Translations under genes and position numbers: made by a program | The notes under the pieces: model-generated | Databases searched by the model: none | Told to the model about the DNA's origin: nothing | Seen by the model: only the letters and a program-made list of their open reading frames with translations | Shown here: positions 1 to 10,975 of the stretch, piece by piece | Layout: each line of letters begins with the position of its first letter | Numbering within the stretch: the first letter of the stretch is position 1 | Assembly (NCBI GenBank): GCA_963804995.1 | Contig: CAWDSK010000006.1 | Location: 736,001 to 800,000 of the forward strand | Origin: an uncultured Acidobacteriota bacterium | Lineage (GTDB): Bacteria > Acidobacteriota > Terriglobia > UBA7540 | DNA length: 64,000 nucleotides | Reading direction: 5' to 3'

Positions 1-1269
1 CAGAAAGGTGCGCCGAAGCCCGCGGGCCCCGCGCCGGAGGATTGGGCGAAGCCCTACCCCCCCACGGCTGACACTTATCTCGAGGTCGCCGCGTGGTACC
101 GGACGCTCGGCGACTTGGCAGCCTCGAACGCAATTCTCGAATCTGCCCTTGCCCATCTGCCGGCGCAGGCGATAACGCCCGTGGTCTATTACTATCTGGC
201 GGCCAACGCGCGCGAAGAAGATAAGGACACGCAGGCTGAGGAGTTCTCCCGTCAGGGCCAGGCGGCGCGCCCTACCACGGTTTTCCCCAATCGCATGGAA
301 GACGCCAAGGTGATCGACGCGGAGCTGAACATCCATCCCCTGGACGCGCAGGCCTCTTATTTCCTTGGGAATTACCTTTTTGCGCATGGCCGTTCTGATG
401 ACGCGGCTCGCTATTGGCTGGGCGCCTTCGAACAGGGGTTTGAGTACTCGGTTCTGCAGCGCAATCTCGGCCTCTATGCGTGGCAGGTGAAGAATGATTT
501 GGAGGGCGCCGCAGGTTTTTATGAGAATGCGGTCAAGCTGGCTCCGGAAGACTACCGGCTCTACACGGACCTGGATGAGATTTACTTCCGCCTGGGGCAC
601 GCGGGGAGCCGGGAGAAGTTGTTTGCGGCGGCTCCGGAGGGCGTCCTGGATCGCGATTCGGTGCGGGTGCGGCGTGCCCTGTTGCTGACGCAGGAGCGGG
701 AGTATGACCACGCCGTCCAACTCCTCAAGACCCACCACTTCAATCCCTGGGAAGGTGGGGTGGGGGTGCGCGAAATCTACGTGCTGGACTACGTGCAGAA
801 GGGAAGGCGCGCCCTGGACGACGGGAAACCCCTGGATGCCGTCGTGGCCTTCCGCGAGGCGCTTGAGTATCCGGCCAACCTGGGCGTGGGCAAACCCGAT
901 AAGCCGCATGACGAGGAAGCGCTGTTCTGGCTGGGCGAAGCCCTGAAGGCCCTGGACAACCTGGATGCCGCGCGCGCCGCCTGGACGCAGGCCGCAGAGG
1001 AAGGCAAGCGTGGTTCGGAGATTGCAAACCTGTACCGAGGCATGGCCCTGCGTCGATTGGGTCAAGTCCAGGAGGCGGACAAGGTCCTGACCGCGCTAGA
1101 GGAGGTCAAACCCGGAGAAAAGCCCGGCGCGATGCAGTGGTACGCCATGGGCTTGCTCGACTTGTTTGAGAATCGCAACGATCGGGCAGAAGCGAAGTTC
1201 CTGGCAGCACTCCATGCTGACCCGGCTTACTGGCCCGCGCGCCTCGCGCTGGACCGGGTCGCGAGGTAG
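1..1269 (+). CDS. TPR-repeat protein, 5'-truncated by the window edge
   Basis: Frame is open from base 1 to TAG at 1269; multiple TPR-like helices (YFLGNYLF, LQRNLGLYAW, ALFWLGEAL). Confidence 0.8.
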   Translation, partial: QKGAPKPAGPAPEDWAKPYPPTADTYLEVAAWYRTLGDLAASNAILESALAHLPAQAITPVVYYYLAANAREEDKDTQAEEFSRQGQAARPTTVFPNRMEDAKVIDAELNIHPLDAQASYFLGNYLFAHGRSDDAARYWLGAFEQGFEYSVLQRNLGLYAWQVKNDLEGAAGFYENAVKLAPEDYRLYTDLDEIYFRLGHAGSREKLFAAAPEGVLDRDSVRVRRALLLTQEREYDHAVQLLKTHHFNPWEGGVGVREIYVLDYVQKGRRALDDGKPLDAVVAFREALEYPANLGVGKPDKPHDEEALFWLGEALKALDNLDAARAAWTQAAEEGKRGSEIANLYRGMALRRLGQVQEADKVLTALEEVKPGEKPGAMQWYAMGLLDLFENRNDRAEAKFLAALHADPAYWPARLALDRVAR

Positions 1270-1285
1270 CCCGGATTTCTTATCG

Positions 1286-1375
1286 AGGAGGGGAGTTTAA
1301 AGCGGAACTCCCCTCCTAATTTAGGAGGGGTGGCGCTCAGAGCGCCGGGGTGGTTACAGAGCGCCGGGGCGGTTT
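1286..1375. repeat. REP-like palindromic intergenic repeat (copy 1)
   Basis: gaggaggggagtt...aactcccctcctaatttaggaggggtggcgctcagagcgccggggtggtt; near-identical text at about 7451-7546; lies between convergent genes. Confidence 0.7.
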
Positions 1376-1434
1376 TCCGCAGTGTGGTGTTTCCCCGCAG
1401 CCTGTTCAGCCCTGCCGTGTCTGGACCTTCCCAA

Positions 1435-2433
1435 CTATTCCGTAGAAGAAACCGCGGCTAGGCCATGAGCTGTCGGCACAAGCCGTTCGAGGGCATCCTG
1501 CTGGGCAGGGATCAGTTCTTCCGCCAGGCTGACCAGCGCGTGCAAGTTTGTATTGCTGGTGTCATCCATGTCGTCATTCCCTTTATCCAGCCGTGGCTCA
1601 AATCGGTAATAGCGGCGCGTGGGTCCCGCAGCCGGCAGCATCTGGGTCATCTGGTAGTCGACGGTCACGCTGACGCCGTGGAAGACCACGCTCAGAATGG
1701 GTAACGCCCAGCCCGCCACGCCCCAGTCCTTCGCGTCCGCAAAGTGAATGGGGCGCGTCAGTTCGCCGGTCCCGAGCGAAACAACCAGATAATCATCGGC
1801 CTGCGGGAACGCTTTCTTGGCCTCGGCAAATGCACAGAGGGTAGGATTGTTGGCGTAAACTCCGCCATCGATCCAGGCGTGGTATGCGGGAGAACCATCC
1901 GAAGGATACTTGAGGGGCTCGAAATACGTGGGTGCGGCGGAGGTGGCTCGGGCCACTACCTTCATGGGGTAGTCGAAGTCAGGAAAGCGCCTGGCATTGC
2001 GACTCTTGAAGAACCAGGGAATGCGCCGCTCGATTTCGTAACTGGTGATGATCACTTCCTTCAGAGCTTCCTTGAGACGCGTCTCGGCAAAATATCTTTC
2101 CAACACATCTTCGATGCCTGTCGCCTGGTAACGTTCCTCAAGTAAATTCCCGATGGCGCGAATCCGGTGCCAGACGCTGCGGGAGAAGATCTCCTGGCCC
2201 TCGTTCTCGTAAAGTGCGACGAGTTGCTGCGCGCTGTACGCCGGCTTCCCCGCCCCGTCAGGCTTGGTCAGGGCCAAGGCCAGAATGCCGCCTGTAGAGG
2301 TGCCTGCAACCAGGTCAAAGAGATCCGCAATGGGCTTCTGGGTGCGCTTTTCGATTTCCGTGAGCAGCAAAGCGGGAATGATCCCGCGAATGCCACCACC
2401 ATCGATGGCAAGGACTTTGACGATTTGAGGCAT
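1435..2433 (-). CDS. Patatin-like phospholipase
   Basis: DGGGIRG oxyanion loop, GTSTG nucleophile, SAAPTYF and DGG motifs. Confidence 0.92.
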   Translation of the reverse strand: MPQIVKVLAIDGGGIRGIIPALLLTEIEKRTQKPIADLFDLVAGTSTGGILALALTKPDGAGKPAYSAQQLVALYENEGQEIFSRSVWHRIRAIGNLLEERYQATGIEDVLERYFAETRLKEALKEVIITSYEIERRIPWFFKSRNARRFPDFDYPMKVVARATSAAPTYFEPLKYPSDGSPAYHAWIDGGVYANNPTLCAFAEAKKAFPQADDYLVVSLGTGELTRPIHFADAKDWGVAGWALPILSVVFHGVSVTVDYQMTQMLPAAGPTRRYYRFEPRLDKGNDDMDDTSNTNLHALVSLAEELIPAQQDALERLVPTAHGLAAVSSTE

Positions 2434-3207
2434 GGAACCCTCCTGGAATCAGTTTATCCGAAAGTATAGTGCTTGACATGTTAATACTGCGAATCCCGGT
2501 CAAACGCAACAGGGTGGGTGGCACCCGCGCTGTTTAGCCCCAAGGGGGCGCAAAGGCAAAGTAGCGCAGGGCCCGCGGTTGTAGGTCCGCCAATCTTAAT
2601 GGCGGACGGCTTTTCCACAGTGCCGTGCTTTGGGCGGGACGGGTGAGGGGTTACTTCACCACCCGATGAGCGGACCCGCACCCAACTACGGAACTAGCAG
2701 CGCCTTTTCTAGTTTGGTTGCGGCCCGGCCGCAGTGCGATATTTACGCCGCGGCGCTTCGCCCCAGACAAGTTCTCGGACAATGGGTCGCTGGCCTTGCA
2801 TTTTGGGGCTACCGGTAGCCCGAAAGTGATTCTTGCCTATTGACTTCGCCAATAATTAAGAGCAAAATAAAGCTGAGGTTACAGGCAGCGTTTCGGTACG
2901 GAATTTTATTCGCCTGCCGTGGATCTTCCTGATGCCCTTAAACGAGCAGCGCAAGATGAGTCCGGCTATGCTGGCGCCGTTACCTATGTATCACACCCAC
3001 GTCCTGCTGAGTGCGAATGGCGGGGCGGTCCAGCCGTTCAGCCAAGATAGAGTTGGAACGACGCTGGCTGCTAGTCGGACAAGCGTAGGGCAGCCCTCCA
3101 AGGCTCGGGCGATACGTCTGACTTTTTGCCATTTACAGATTGTCAATTTGTCCGCTAAGATGAGGCCGGGATGCACAATTCAGAAAAACATCAAAATGAA
3201 GAGTGCT

Positions 3208-3460
3208 CCCAATAACATAATGAAAACAAAGGGTCGTAAAACGACACAATGTCGCCTACCCAATAACTCATGCAAAACAATAGGTTTATCGAATATGCCA
3301 ATAACTTACTGAAAATGCATGAGATATCATAGTTCAAGGGTCCCCAGATCACCCAAAAGCCGCTCAAACCCCCACTAGGCCAATAACTTTAAGAAAATAA
3401 ATAACTTGCACGTTGCAGCTCAAGGCGATGCCAATAAGTTTATGAAAAGGCTGGAGATAT
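3208..3460 (+). repeat. Array of five degenerate AT-rich direct repeats (CCAATAAC/G...AAAA)
   Basis: Copies start at about 3208, 3259, 3297, 3379 and 3430; a weaker copy at about 2848. Confidence 0.7.
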
Positions 3461-3905
3461 TAACAGGAAGGAAATGTCCACTCTCTGGACATGGGAAACC
3501 TTCGGCTAGGAGTGTGTCGGAAATAATAATTCGTCAACGAAGAATCAACAACTTACAGACACTCGAACCTCGCTAAGTTATTAATTCTACGTACAACGAA
3601 ATCTATCTCCGACGGGCTCCTAGGGCGCAATGATCGGTACGTTACAGGGGGTTCGCCGCACAGTCACCTCCACCGATTTGACCCGCCCGTGACACACCCC
3701 CCCACATCGGTTATCGGTGGATTTGAATACGGACATGAGCCCACAAATCAGGCGAAGGTTGACAATCACTCAATCGCCACATCACTCAATTCCTCGATGG
3801 TCCGCGAACCGGCCATCCTCCGCCTAACACTCGGCGAGGCACGGTTGTTCTGCTCTCGCTCCCTCAGACTTGGCTTCGGAGACAGCCTCTAAGGCGGCGG
3901 GAGTG

Positions 3906-5547
3906 CTAGTGATGCCCGCCACCTGGGCTGGCAGAATGCGAGCTACCCGAGGCGCTGGGGCCGGATGGCGGAGCGCTGTTCGATACGCTACCGCCACCTC
4001 CGCCACCGGCGTGCGTCATGCCACCCCCGCCACCGGGGTTCGAAGACGCTGAGGCCTGCCCATGGGGCAATATTGCGGGTCCCGCACCGCCTCCGCGCAG
4101 GGACTCCGGTCCTCGGGAGCCATTCATCCCTCGCGCCCCTACGCCCTTGAAGGCATCGCCCCGGAACTCACCCCCTGTGCCACCCACATTGAATCGGCCC
4201 CCCAGGGTTGTCCCCGTCTGGGCACGCAGTGGCTGATGACTGCTGTGACGAGCTTCGAGCACGCGCGCTTTCCTTCACCGGGTCGCCTCCCATCAGGATG
4301 GTAGTTGGAGCAAGAGTGTGCCCCACTGCCGCCAGTGAGATTCCCCCGCTGATGGACGACGCGCTCGCTGCCCGCGGACTTCCGGAGAGCGTCGCTCCCT
4401 CGCCGGCTTGGAAAGCCACTTGCCGCACCCTCGTCCCTGCATCGGGCCGTACGTGAGCCACAATTTGGGGGGTAATCAATTGCCCAGTCTGGATAGCGCT
4501 TCCGGGAACCGTGGTCACCAGATTCATACCCGGCCGGCCGTGGGTTCCATAGGGCGCCCAACCCACCCAGCCCGGCCCCAAATACCAGGAAACCAAAGCC
4601 GGCGACCAGGCGCCAAAGCTCCCCGGCATCCAGAACCAGCCAAAGGTGGGGTCAAAGTTCCACAGGCCGTAGTGATAAGGAAGCCAGCCCCAGGGGTCGC
4701 CGGAAATCCAGGTCATACCCATGCCGGAGTAGAAGTCCCACATCCCCATGCTGTAAGGTGACCAGCCCGCCTGCGCATAAGGCGCCCAGCCATTTCCGTA
4801 CCCGGGAATGTAGGCCCACTCGCCATAGGTGTTGAGATCACTCCAGCCATAAAGTGGTCCAGGGCTTGAAACGGCCTGATCCCGCAAGGACAGTTGGGCT
4901 TGCGTATCGCGGGCATCCGTCCATTTATCCCACGCGTCCTTGGTAATTCCATGCTGGACGTTCATGGCGACTTCCGGAGTGCTGGTCGAGTACTCCAGCA
5001 CTTTATCCTTGCCGAGTTTTTCGCTTCCGGAGGGTGCCACCACTTCAACCGAACCGTTGAACACTTCCACTCGAACCCGGCCCTCGCGGAGATCTGTCCG
5101 GAATTCCGTTTTGCCGTTGGGAGTCAAGGTGGCGTCCGCGATCTTGACGCTATAAGTGTCGCGATGTTCGGGCACGAAATGAAAAGTGGCGTACCCCGCA
5201 TCGAAGGTGAGGCGGTTCAACTTGTTGCCTTCTCCATCCAGGGCCAGTTCACTGAAACCCACCTTGGAGAGCGCGCCCAGCCGGGCTGTCGAACCATTCT
5301 CAAATTCCACCTCGGCAAAACTATTGTCGGAGGTCGACACCTCGAAGCCTTGCTGAATGGGCGTGTTCACGAGCGCCTTGGCCCATTCGGTCGAATCAGG
5401 CCGCCTTATTCCCACCGTGCCGCTTACGTAGCTTAGCCGCACCACACGCACGTGCGAGACGGCTTGTTGGGCCAAAAGGGCGGCGGGCAAAAGGAAGAGT
5501 CCCGCGACCATCGCGGGCAGACTGAAGCGTAAGGCGGGGCTTCTCAT
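3906..5547 (-). CDS. Secreted FecR-domain / DUF6600-like protein with Gly-rich tail; apparent frameshift near 4265
   Basis: Signal peptide, VRVVRLSYVSG...AEVEFENGS FecR-like region, GWLPYHYGLW aromatic repeats; ORF 3906-4262 supplies a plausible Gly-rich C-terminus in another frame. Confidence 0.7.
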
Positions 5548-6035
5548 GAATGGCCTCCTCAGAATTGCTGATAGTCATTATATGCCAAAAAAAAACCCGG
5601 GGTTGGATGATTAACCGTGAAGCTGGATTTTCGTGGCGAAACTTTCTTGCTGAGATAACACGATCTGACGGGTTTGCAATGCAGAGATTTGACAGGCCCT
5701 TTCTCTGCGTCTCAGCGCCTCTATTGAGACCGATGCAGGGATCACGGGGGTACGGCGAGACCGGTGTGGACGTCGCCACGGCGCGCGCCCGAATCCCGCT
5801 CTTGAACCTGGTGGGCGGCGACCCCCTGGCGATCGAGCGTCATTTCCAGTCGATGACCGGGGCTATTCATCCTTACCGGCCGATATGAGTACGTCGTATT
5901 GTGCGAATTCCGTTACGGGTCAACCCTTGATAGTCTTCTTCAGAAAGCTCGCTCATTGCGGAACACCAGCTTGCCATTCCTATCGATTCGTGGCAATCTT
6001 TTGGTCCGTGCGGCTTCGACGTTTCAAATTTGTTA

Positions 6036-7315
6036 ATGGAATCTGCAAAGCCAACTCGGATTCGCTGGCTGCTGGTGGGCTGGATCGCTTTGATGGGTGC
6101 GACCAGCTTTCTTGACCGCGTTAACCTCTCCATTGCCGGGCATTCGCTCGTGCAGGATTTTCAACTCACGAACGCGCAGCTCGGCCGGATCTTCAGCGCC
6201 TTCTACGTTGGGTATGCACTCTGTCAGATCGCCGGCGGCTGGGCGGCGGACCGCTGGGGCCCACGACAGGTGCTCGCCTTCGGAGCCACGTGGTGGGCCG
6301 TCTTCACGGCGCTTACCGCCAGCATCCCCGTCGGCATCCCGCGCGTGTTCCTTTTATTGTGGGCCGTACGCTTCCTGCTGGGCGTGGGCGAGTCCGTCAT
6401 GTACCCAAGCTCCAATCTGTGGGTGGCAAACTGGGTGCCCTCGGCGGAGCGCGGTCTCGCCAACGGATTGATCTTTGCCGGCGTGGGAGCAGGTTCCGCG
6501 TTCACACCTCCCATTATCGCTTCCCTGATGCTTCACTTCGGGTGGCGCACGGCCTTCTGGGTCTGCGCGGGATTGGGACTGGTAGTGGCCGTAGGATGGT
6601 TTGCCTTGGCGCGCGATCATCCCGACCATCATCCCTGGGTGAACGACCCGGAAAGAAAGTGGATTCGGGAGGGGCTTCCGCAACGCGACCAGGGGAGGGA
6701 CCCAGACTTTCCTGGGGCACGATCCTCGGCTGCCGGGAAGTCTGGACCATCACCTTCAGTTACTTCTGCTACGGGTACGTCGCCGTCATCTTTTTCACCT
6801 GGTTCTACATCTACCTTACCAAGGAGCGGGGACTGAACCTCCAGACCGGTAGCTACTACGGCATGTTGCCCTTCATCGCCATGGCGCTGGGTTCCGCCCT
6901 GGGCGGCTGGATTGCAGACGCGGTCAGCCGGCGCTTTGGCCGCTGGTGGGGACGGTGCGGAGTGGCGGCAATCGGAATGGCAGGCGCGGCAGTGTTCGTT
7001 GCCGCCGGCGCCGATGCCAAGAGTGCGGCCGCGGCCAGCGTGATTCTGGCGGGCGGGGCGGGCTCACTTTATATTTCCCAGAGCGCATTCTGGGCGCTCT
7101 CAGCGGATTTGGGCGGGCCCTCCTCCGGCTCACTTTCCGGCTTCATGAACATGGGAGGCCAAATCGGGGGCGCGGTGACAGCGGCTCTTACCCCTGTGCT
7201 CGCTGACCGTTTTGGCTGGACCACAGCGTTCCTCACCGCCGCTGGCTTGTGTGCCCTGGGCGCGGCAGTGTGGCTGACCGTCGATCCCAACAAAACCCTT
7301 ACGGCGCGAGATTAA
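6036..7315 (+). CDS. MFS transporter (ACS / sugar-acid type), split by a frameshift near 6680-6700
   Basis: FLDRVNLSIA, GWAADRWGPR, RFLLGVGES in ORF 6030-6836; C-terminal TM helices in ORF 6290-7315. Confidence 0.85.
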
Positions 7316-7320
7316 CCGAT

Positions 7321-7600
7321 CAGCACCACCGCCTTATCATGTCAGCACCACCCCGGCATTCCCTTTTCAGCACCACCCCGTCGCTCAGCCCCGATGATCA
7401 ATTTGGAAAAAACACGTTATCGGGGCACGGCGCGCCACCTCTCCTCATCTGAGGCGGGGAGTTCCGCAACAACTCCCCTCCTGATTTAGAGCCTGCCCTG
7501 AGCCTGTCGAAGGAGAGGGGTGGCGCTCCGAGCGACGGGGTGGTTACCTCGCCGGATGGCGGCGTCCCGATCGGATCGGGATGAATGCCGCCGCCTCTAC
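7321..7600. repeat. Cluster of REP-like palindromes (BIME-like)
   Basis: cagcaccacc x3; a copy of the 1286 repeat containing an extra gcctgccctgagcctgtcgaagg (7491-7513); GTAG-type hairpin at about 7556-7600. Confidence 0.65.
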
Positions 7601-7690
7601 ATCAAACCGCACCACTACCCGCGACCTGCCATTCTTTTCCGAATCCCCGATATGATATAGTTTGGCCGCCCGTTCCAGGGGGCGACCGGC

Positions 7691-9529
7691 ATGAAAATCT
7701 GCCCCACTTGCCAAGCAACTTATCCCGACAATATTTCATTCTGCGCTCGCGATGGCGCGGAGCTCAGAGCGAGAGGAACCTGGTCCGCGGGGACCGTGAT
7801 CCGCGGCCGCTATCGCATCCTAAACAAACTGGGTGAAGGTGGAATGGGCGCGGTCTACAAGGCAAAGCACACGGGGTTTGACGAGCTGCGTGCGGTCAAG
7901 GTGCTCAATCCCGACCTCCTGGGCGACGAGAAGCTTCGGCAGCGCTTCGAACGCGAAGCCTTCATCACGCGGAAGCTTCAGCACCCCAACGCCGTGCGCG
8001 TTGACGACATCGACGAGACAGAAGACGGCCGCCCCTTCATGGTCATGGAATACATCGAAGGCCTGAGCCTGCGGCAGGTCATGTCGCTGGGCCCGATTCC
8101 GGCGGCGCGGGTGTGCTCAATTGCCAAGCAAGTGGCTTCGGCTCTCGAAGCTGCACACCAACTCGGCATGGTTCATCGCGACATCAAGCCGGACAACATC
8201 GTGCTGGTCAGAACGCCCGAGGGGGAACAGGCCAAGGTGCTTGACTTCGGTATCGCCAAAATCCGCGAAGGTGGATTGCGAGATGAGCCAAAGGGAAAAG
8301 AACTGACCGGGGTGGGATTCGTGGTCGGGACTCCCCGGTACGTGTCGCCAGAGCAGGCCAAGGGCAAACGGGGTGACGACCTGGACGGGCGCTCAGACCT
8401 CTATTCGCTCGGCATCGTCATGTACGAAATGCTGACCGGGGACGTGCCTTTCAATGCTGACAACACCATGGACATCCTGATGGCACACATCCAGAAGTCG
8501 CCCGGCCCGGTTCACCAGGTTCGTCAGGACGTTGAGATTCCCGCGGCGCTCTCCAACCTGATCATGCGCACTCTCCAAAAGAAGCGGGAACTGCGCCCGC
8601 CCACCGCTACGGCGTTTATCGAAGAGTTAACTCGAATCGAAAAGGAGTTGCCGGCGCGCCTCCCAAGCGTTTCCCCGGGACTTGCCGGAAACTATTCACG
8701 GGGTCAATTCGGATTGGCCCCGGTTCCTGCCCCGGCTGTTCCGGCGCCGGTCGCGTCCGTGCCGAGCGAATCTGCAGGCCTTTCACCCGGTCTCAGGAAT
8801 GGGTTGATCGCCGTCCTGGCTGTCGGTCTATTGGGGGGGATTTGGTATTTCTCAAGACAACGCCCGGCGGAGCAAATCGCCCGGCATCGCGCGGCCGCGG
8901 CGGACTTTGAGAGCCAAAAGCTCTACCCACAGGCTGAGAAGGAATACCGCGCTGCCGCTGAGCTCGATTCGAACGACGCGACACTTCGCTCTGCGCTTGG
9001 AAACGTCCTGATTCAAGAAAAGAAATGGGACGAAGGCATCGCCACACTGCGTGAGGCCGTGAGCCTGCGACCGGAGGACGCGGTGGCGCACAACAACCTG
9101 GGTGTGGCCCTCCAAACTGTGGGCAATATTCCGGACGCTGTCACTGAATACCGGGAAGCTCTGCGCCTGAAGCCCGATTACGCTGAGGCCCACCAAAACC
9201 TGGGTGACGCCCTCCAGAAACAAAACGATCTGGCCGGGGCCATCGCCGAGTATCGCCTGGTGCTTCAGTCAAAACCTGACGACCCCGAGGCACACTTCCA
9301 CCTGGGGTTGGTACTCTATAAACAGGGCAATTCCGATGGCGCCGTGGATGAATATCGTGAGGCGATCCGGCTGAAACCCGGTTTCGCACTCGCGCATTTC
9401 GGTCTGGGTGGGGTCCTTTATAACCGGGGCGAACATGAGGCGGGCATCGAGGAGTTGCGCACCGCCTACTCCCTCTCCCCGGACGATCCCGAAATCCGGG
9501 CCTCCTACGAAAAATTGCTGCAGAGATAG
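7691..9529 (+). CDS. Hanks-type Ser/Thr protein kinase with TM segment and C-terminal TPRs
   Basis: LGEGGMGAVY, HRDIKPDN, DFG, GTPRYVSPE, DLYSLG; N-terminal CxxC; TPR repeats after the TM helix. Confidence 0.95.
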   Translation: MKICPTCQATYPDNISFCARDGAELRARGTWSAGTVIRGRYRILNKLGEGGMGAVYKAKHTGFDELRAVKVLNPDLLGDEKLRQRFEREAFITRKLQHPNAVRVDDIDETEDGRPFMVMEYIEGLSLRQVMSLGPIPAARVCSIAKQVASALEAAHQLGMVHRDIKPDNIVLVRTPEGEQAKVLDFGIAKIREGGLRDEPKGKELTGVGFVVGTPRYVSPEQAKGKRGDDLDGRSDLYSLGIVMYEMLTGDVPFNADNTMDILMAHIQKSPGPVHQVRQDVEIPAALSNLIMRTLQKKRELRPPTATAFIEELTRIEKELPARLPSVSPGLAGNYSRGQFGLAPVPAPAVPAPVASVPSESAGLSPGLRNGLIAVLAVGLLGGIWYFSRQRPAEQIARHRAAAADFESQKLYPQAEKEYRAAAELDSNDATLRSALGNVLIQEKKWDEGIATLREAVSLRPEDAVAHNNLGVALQTVGNIPDAVTEYREALRLKPDYAEAHQNLGDALQKQNDLAGAIAEYRLVLQSKPDDPEAHFHLGLVLYKQGNSDGAVDEYREAIRLKPGFALAHFGLGGVLYNRGEHEAGIEELRTAYSLSPDDPEIRASYEKLLQR

Positions 9530-9604
9530 CGGGGGTTCTCCATGAGGCGGCCTAAGCTGAGGCAAGACCCGGGTCGACAGGCCATTGGCATGTGCGGGGC
9601 GGCG

Positions 9605-10099
9605 CTAGTCGTGATGTACGGTCCGCCCTTGAATCAAATCCACCACGTGCGGCAGTAAATCCAACAGACTTCCCAGTGACTCACACGCGCCGCGCGGGCT
9701 GCCCGGCAGGTTGACGATGACCTTGCCTTTGCGCAACCCTACGACACCTCGCGATAGCGCGGCGCGCCGGGTCTTCTTCAAACCTTCGGCACGCATTAAT
9801 TCCGCTAAGCCGGGGATTTCTTTTTCGAGGATGGCCCGCGTGGCTTCCGGAGTGACATCACGCGCGCTTACGCCGGTGCCACCCGAGGTCACAATGGCAT
9901 CGCAGTCGTTGAGGTCGGTAAGGGCCTCAAGCCTGCGCCGAATGGTTTCGAGGTTGTCCGGAAGGATTTCAGCCGCAACAACCTCCCATCCTTGCGCTTG
10001 GAGCATTTCGCGCACCGCAGGCCCGGACTGATCCACACGCTCGCCGCGCGAAGCAGCGTCACTCAAAACGATAATTCTGGCACGGAGTTGAGAAGACAT
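9605..10099 (-). CDS. mogA: Molybdopterin adenylyltransferase, MogA/MoaB family
   Basis: SGGTGVSARDVTPEA, NLPGSP motifs. Confidence 0.88.
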   Translation of the reverse strand: MSSQLRARIIVLSDAASRGERVDQSGPAVREMLQAQGWEVVAAEILPDNLETIRRRLEALTDLNDCDAIVTSGGTGVSARDVTPEATRAILEKEIPGLAELMRAEGLKKTRRAALSRGVVGLRKGKVIVNLPGSPRGACESLGSLLDLLPHVVDLIQGRTVHHD

Positions 10100-10107
10100 C
10101 AGAGAAG

Positions 10108-10204
10108 AGGTGTCAGGTATCAGGTGTCAGGGCCACAATCGAAATCCGAATTTCGGGGCAGAGTTCGCGAGTTTCGAGTTTCGAATTTCGATTTTCGAGT
10201 TTCG
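10108..10204. repeat. Intergenic heptamer tandem repeats (aggtgtc)n and (tttcgag)n
   Basis: aggtgtcaggtatcaggtgtcagg; cgagtttcgagtttcgaatttcgattttcgagtttcg. Confidence 0.8.
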
Positions 10205-10225
10205 TCCTTCCCCAAGTCCCCAGCT

Positions 10226-10951
10226 CTACCCCGCATCCCGATTGGCTTCATCGAGGATGCGCAGGCCTTCCAACATCAGTCCCTGGGTAGACATGGTCGT
10301 GGTACGCTCGGGGGAGTTTTTCTGGAAATCCACCTCCCAGTCGCCGTCGGTCCAGGTTAGAACCCTGAAGACCACAGGGTCCCCTTTCAAACCGCCGCCC
10401 ACCGCATGGGTCACATTGCCGTCGGTGAAATACAACGTGTAGGTTTCGCTGCCCGAGCGCAGGATCAAGGCACAGGTTTTGTGACCCTGTTCGAGCGACT
10501 GCATCCAGTCAATCACGCTGATTTCCGCAAGGCGGCCCTTGATGCCCGCTCCCCCGCCCTCCTTTTCCATGCGCTGCTGGAGGATGCGGGCGGTGATGCG
10601 GCGCGCCTGCTGATAGAGGTCGCGCATGAAGAAAGGCTTGACGAAATAGTCTTCGACGCCATCGACGACCATGCGCAGGCGCTCATCAATCTCCTTTTGC
10701 GAGGCGAGAAAAACGAAGGGAATGTTCTGGGTTTCCTTCCGCGCCCGGAGCTTGTCAAAGAGCGCGCGGCCATCCATGACGGGCATGGAGTAATCCGAAA
10801 TAATCAGGTCGGGCTTGACCTCGATCGCGCGCATCAACGCATCCGCGCCGTCCGTGGCCGTGAGCAGCTCCCCACACTTTTCCAGGCTCTGACACACCAG
10901 CTTCAAAATGGTCGGATTGTCATCAACGACAAGGATCCTGAGAGTGGACAC
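10226..10951 (-). CDS. Response regulator: receiver domain + DUF4388 (PatA-N-like) domain
   Basis: ILVVDD, DLIISDYSMPVMDG, YFVKPF; C-terminal GRLAEISVIDWMQSLEQGHKT...LLEGLR-like signature. Confidence 0.85.
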   Translation of the reverse strand: MSTLRILVVDDNPTILKLVCQSLEKCGELLTATDGADALMRAIEVKPDLIISDYSMPVMDGRALFDKLRARKETQNIPFVFLASQKEIDERLRMVVDGVEDYFVKPFFMRDLYQQARRITARILQQRMEKEGGGAGIKGRLAEISVIDWMQSLEQGHKTCALILRSGSETYTLYFTDGNVTHAVGGGLKGDPVVFRVLTWTDGDWEVDFQKNSPERTTTMSTQGLMLEGLRILDEANRDAG

Positions 10952-10975
10952 TCGCTCAACCTTATCCGCTTGAAC

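Noticed and set aside
1435..2433. CBASS CapV effector
   Set aside because: Patatin motifs only; no CD-NTase cyclase adjacent and the context is core-like
2932..3312. 126-aa ORF across the repeat array
   Set aside because: No SD or motif, atypical composition; PNN repeats simply reflect the DNA repeat
3208..3460. CRISPR array
   Set aside because: Repeats are degenerate, spacing is irregular (38-82 nt), and no cas genes are present
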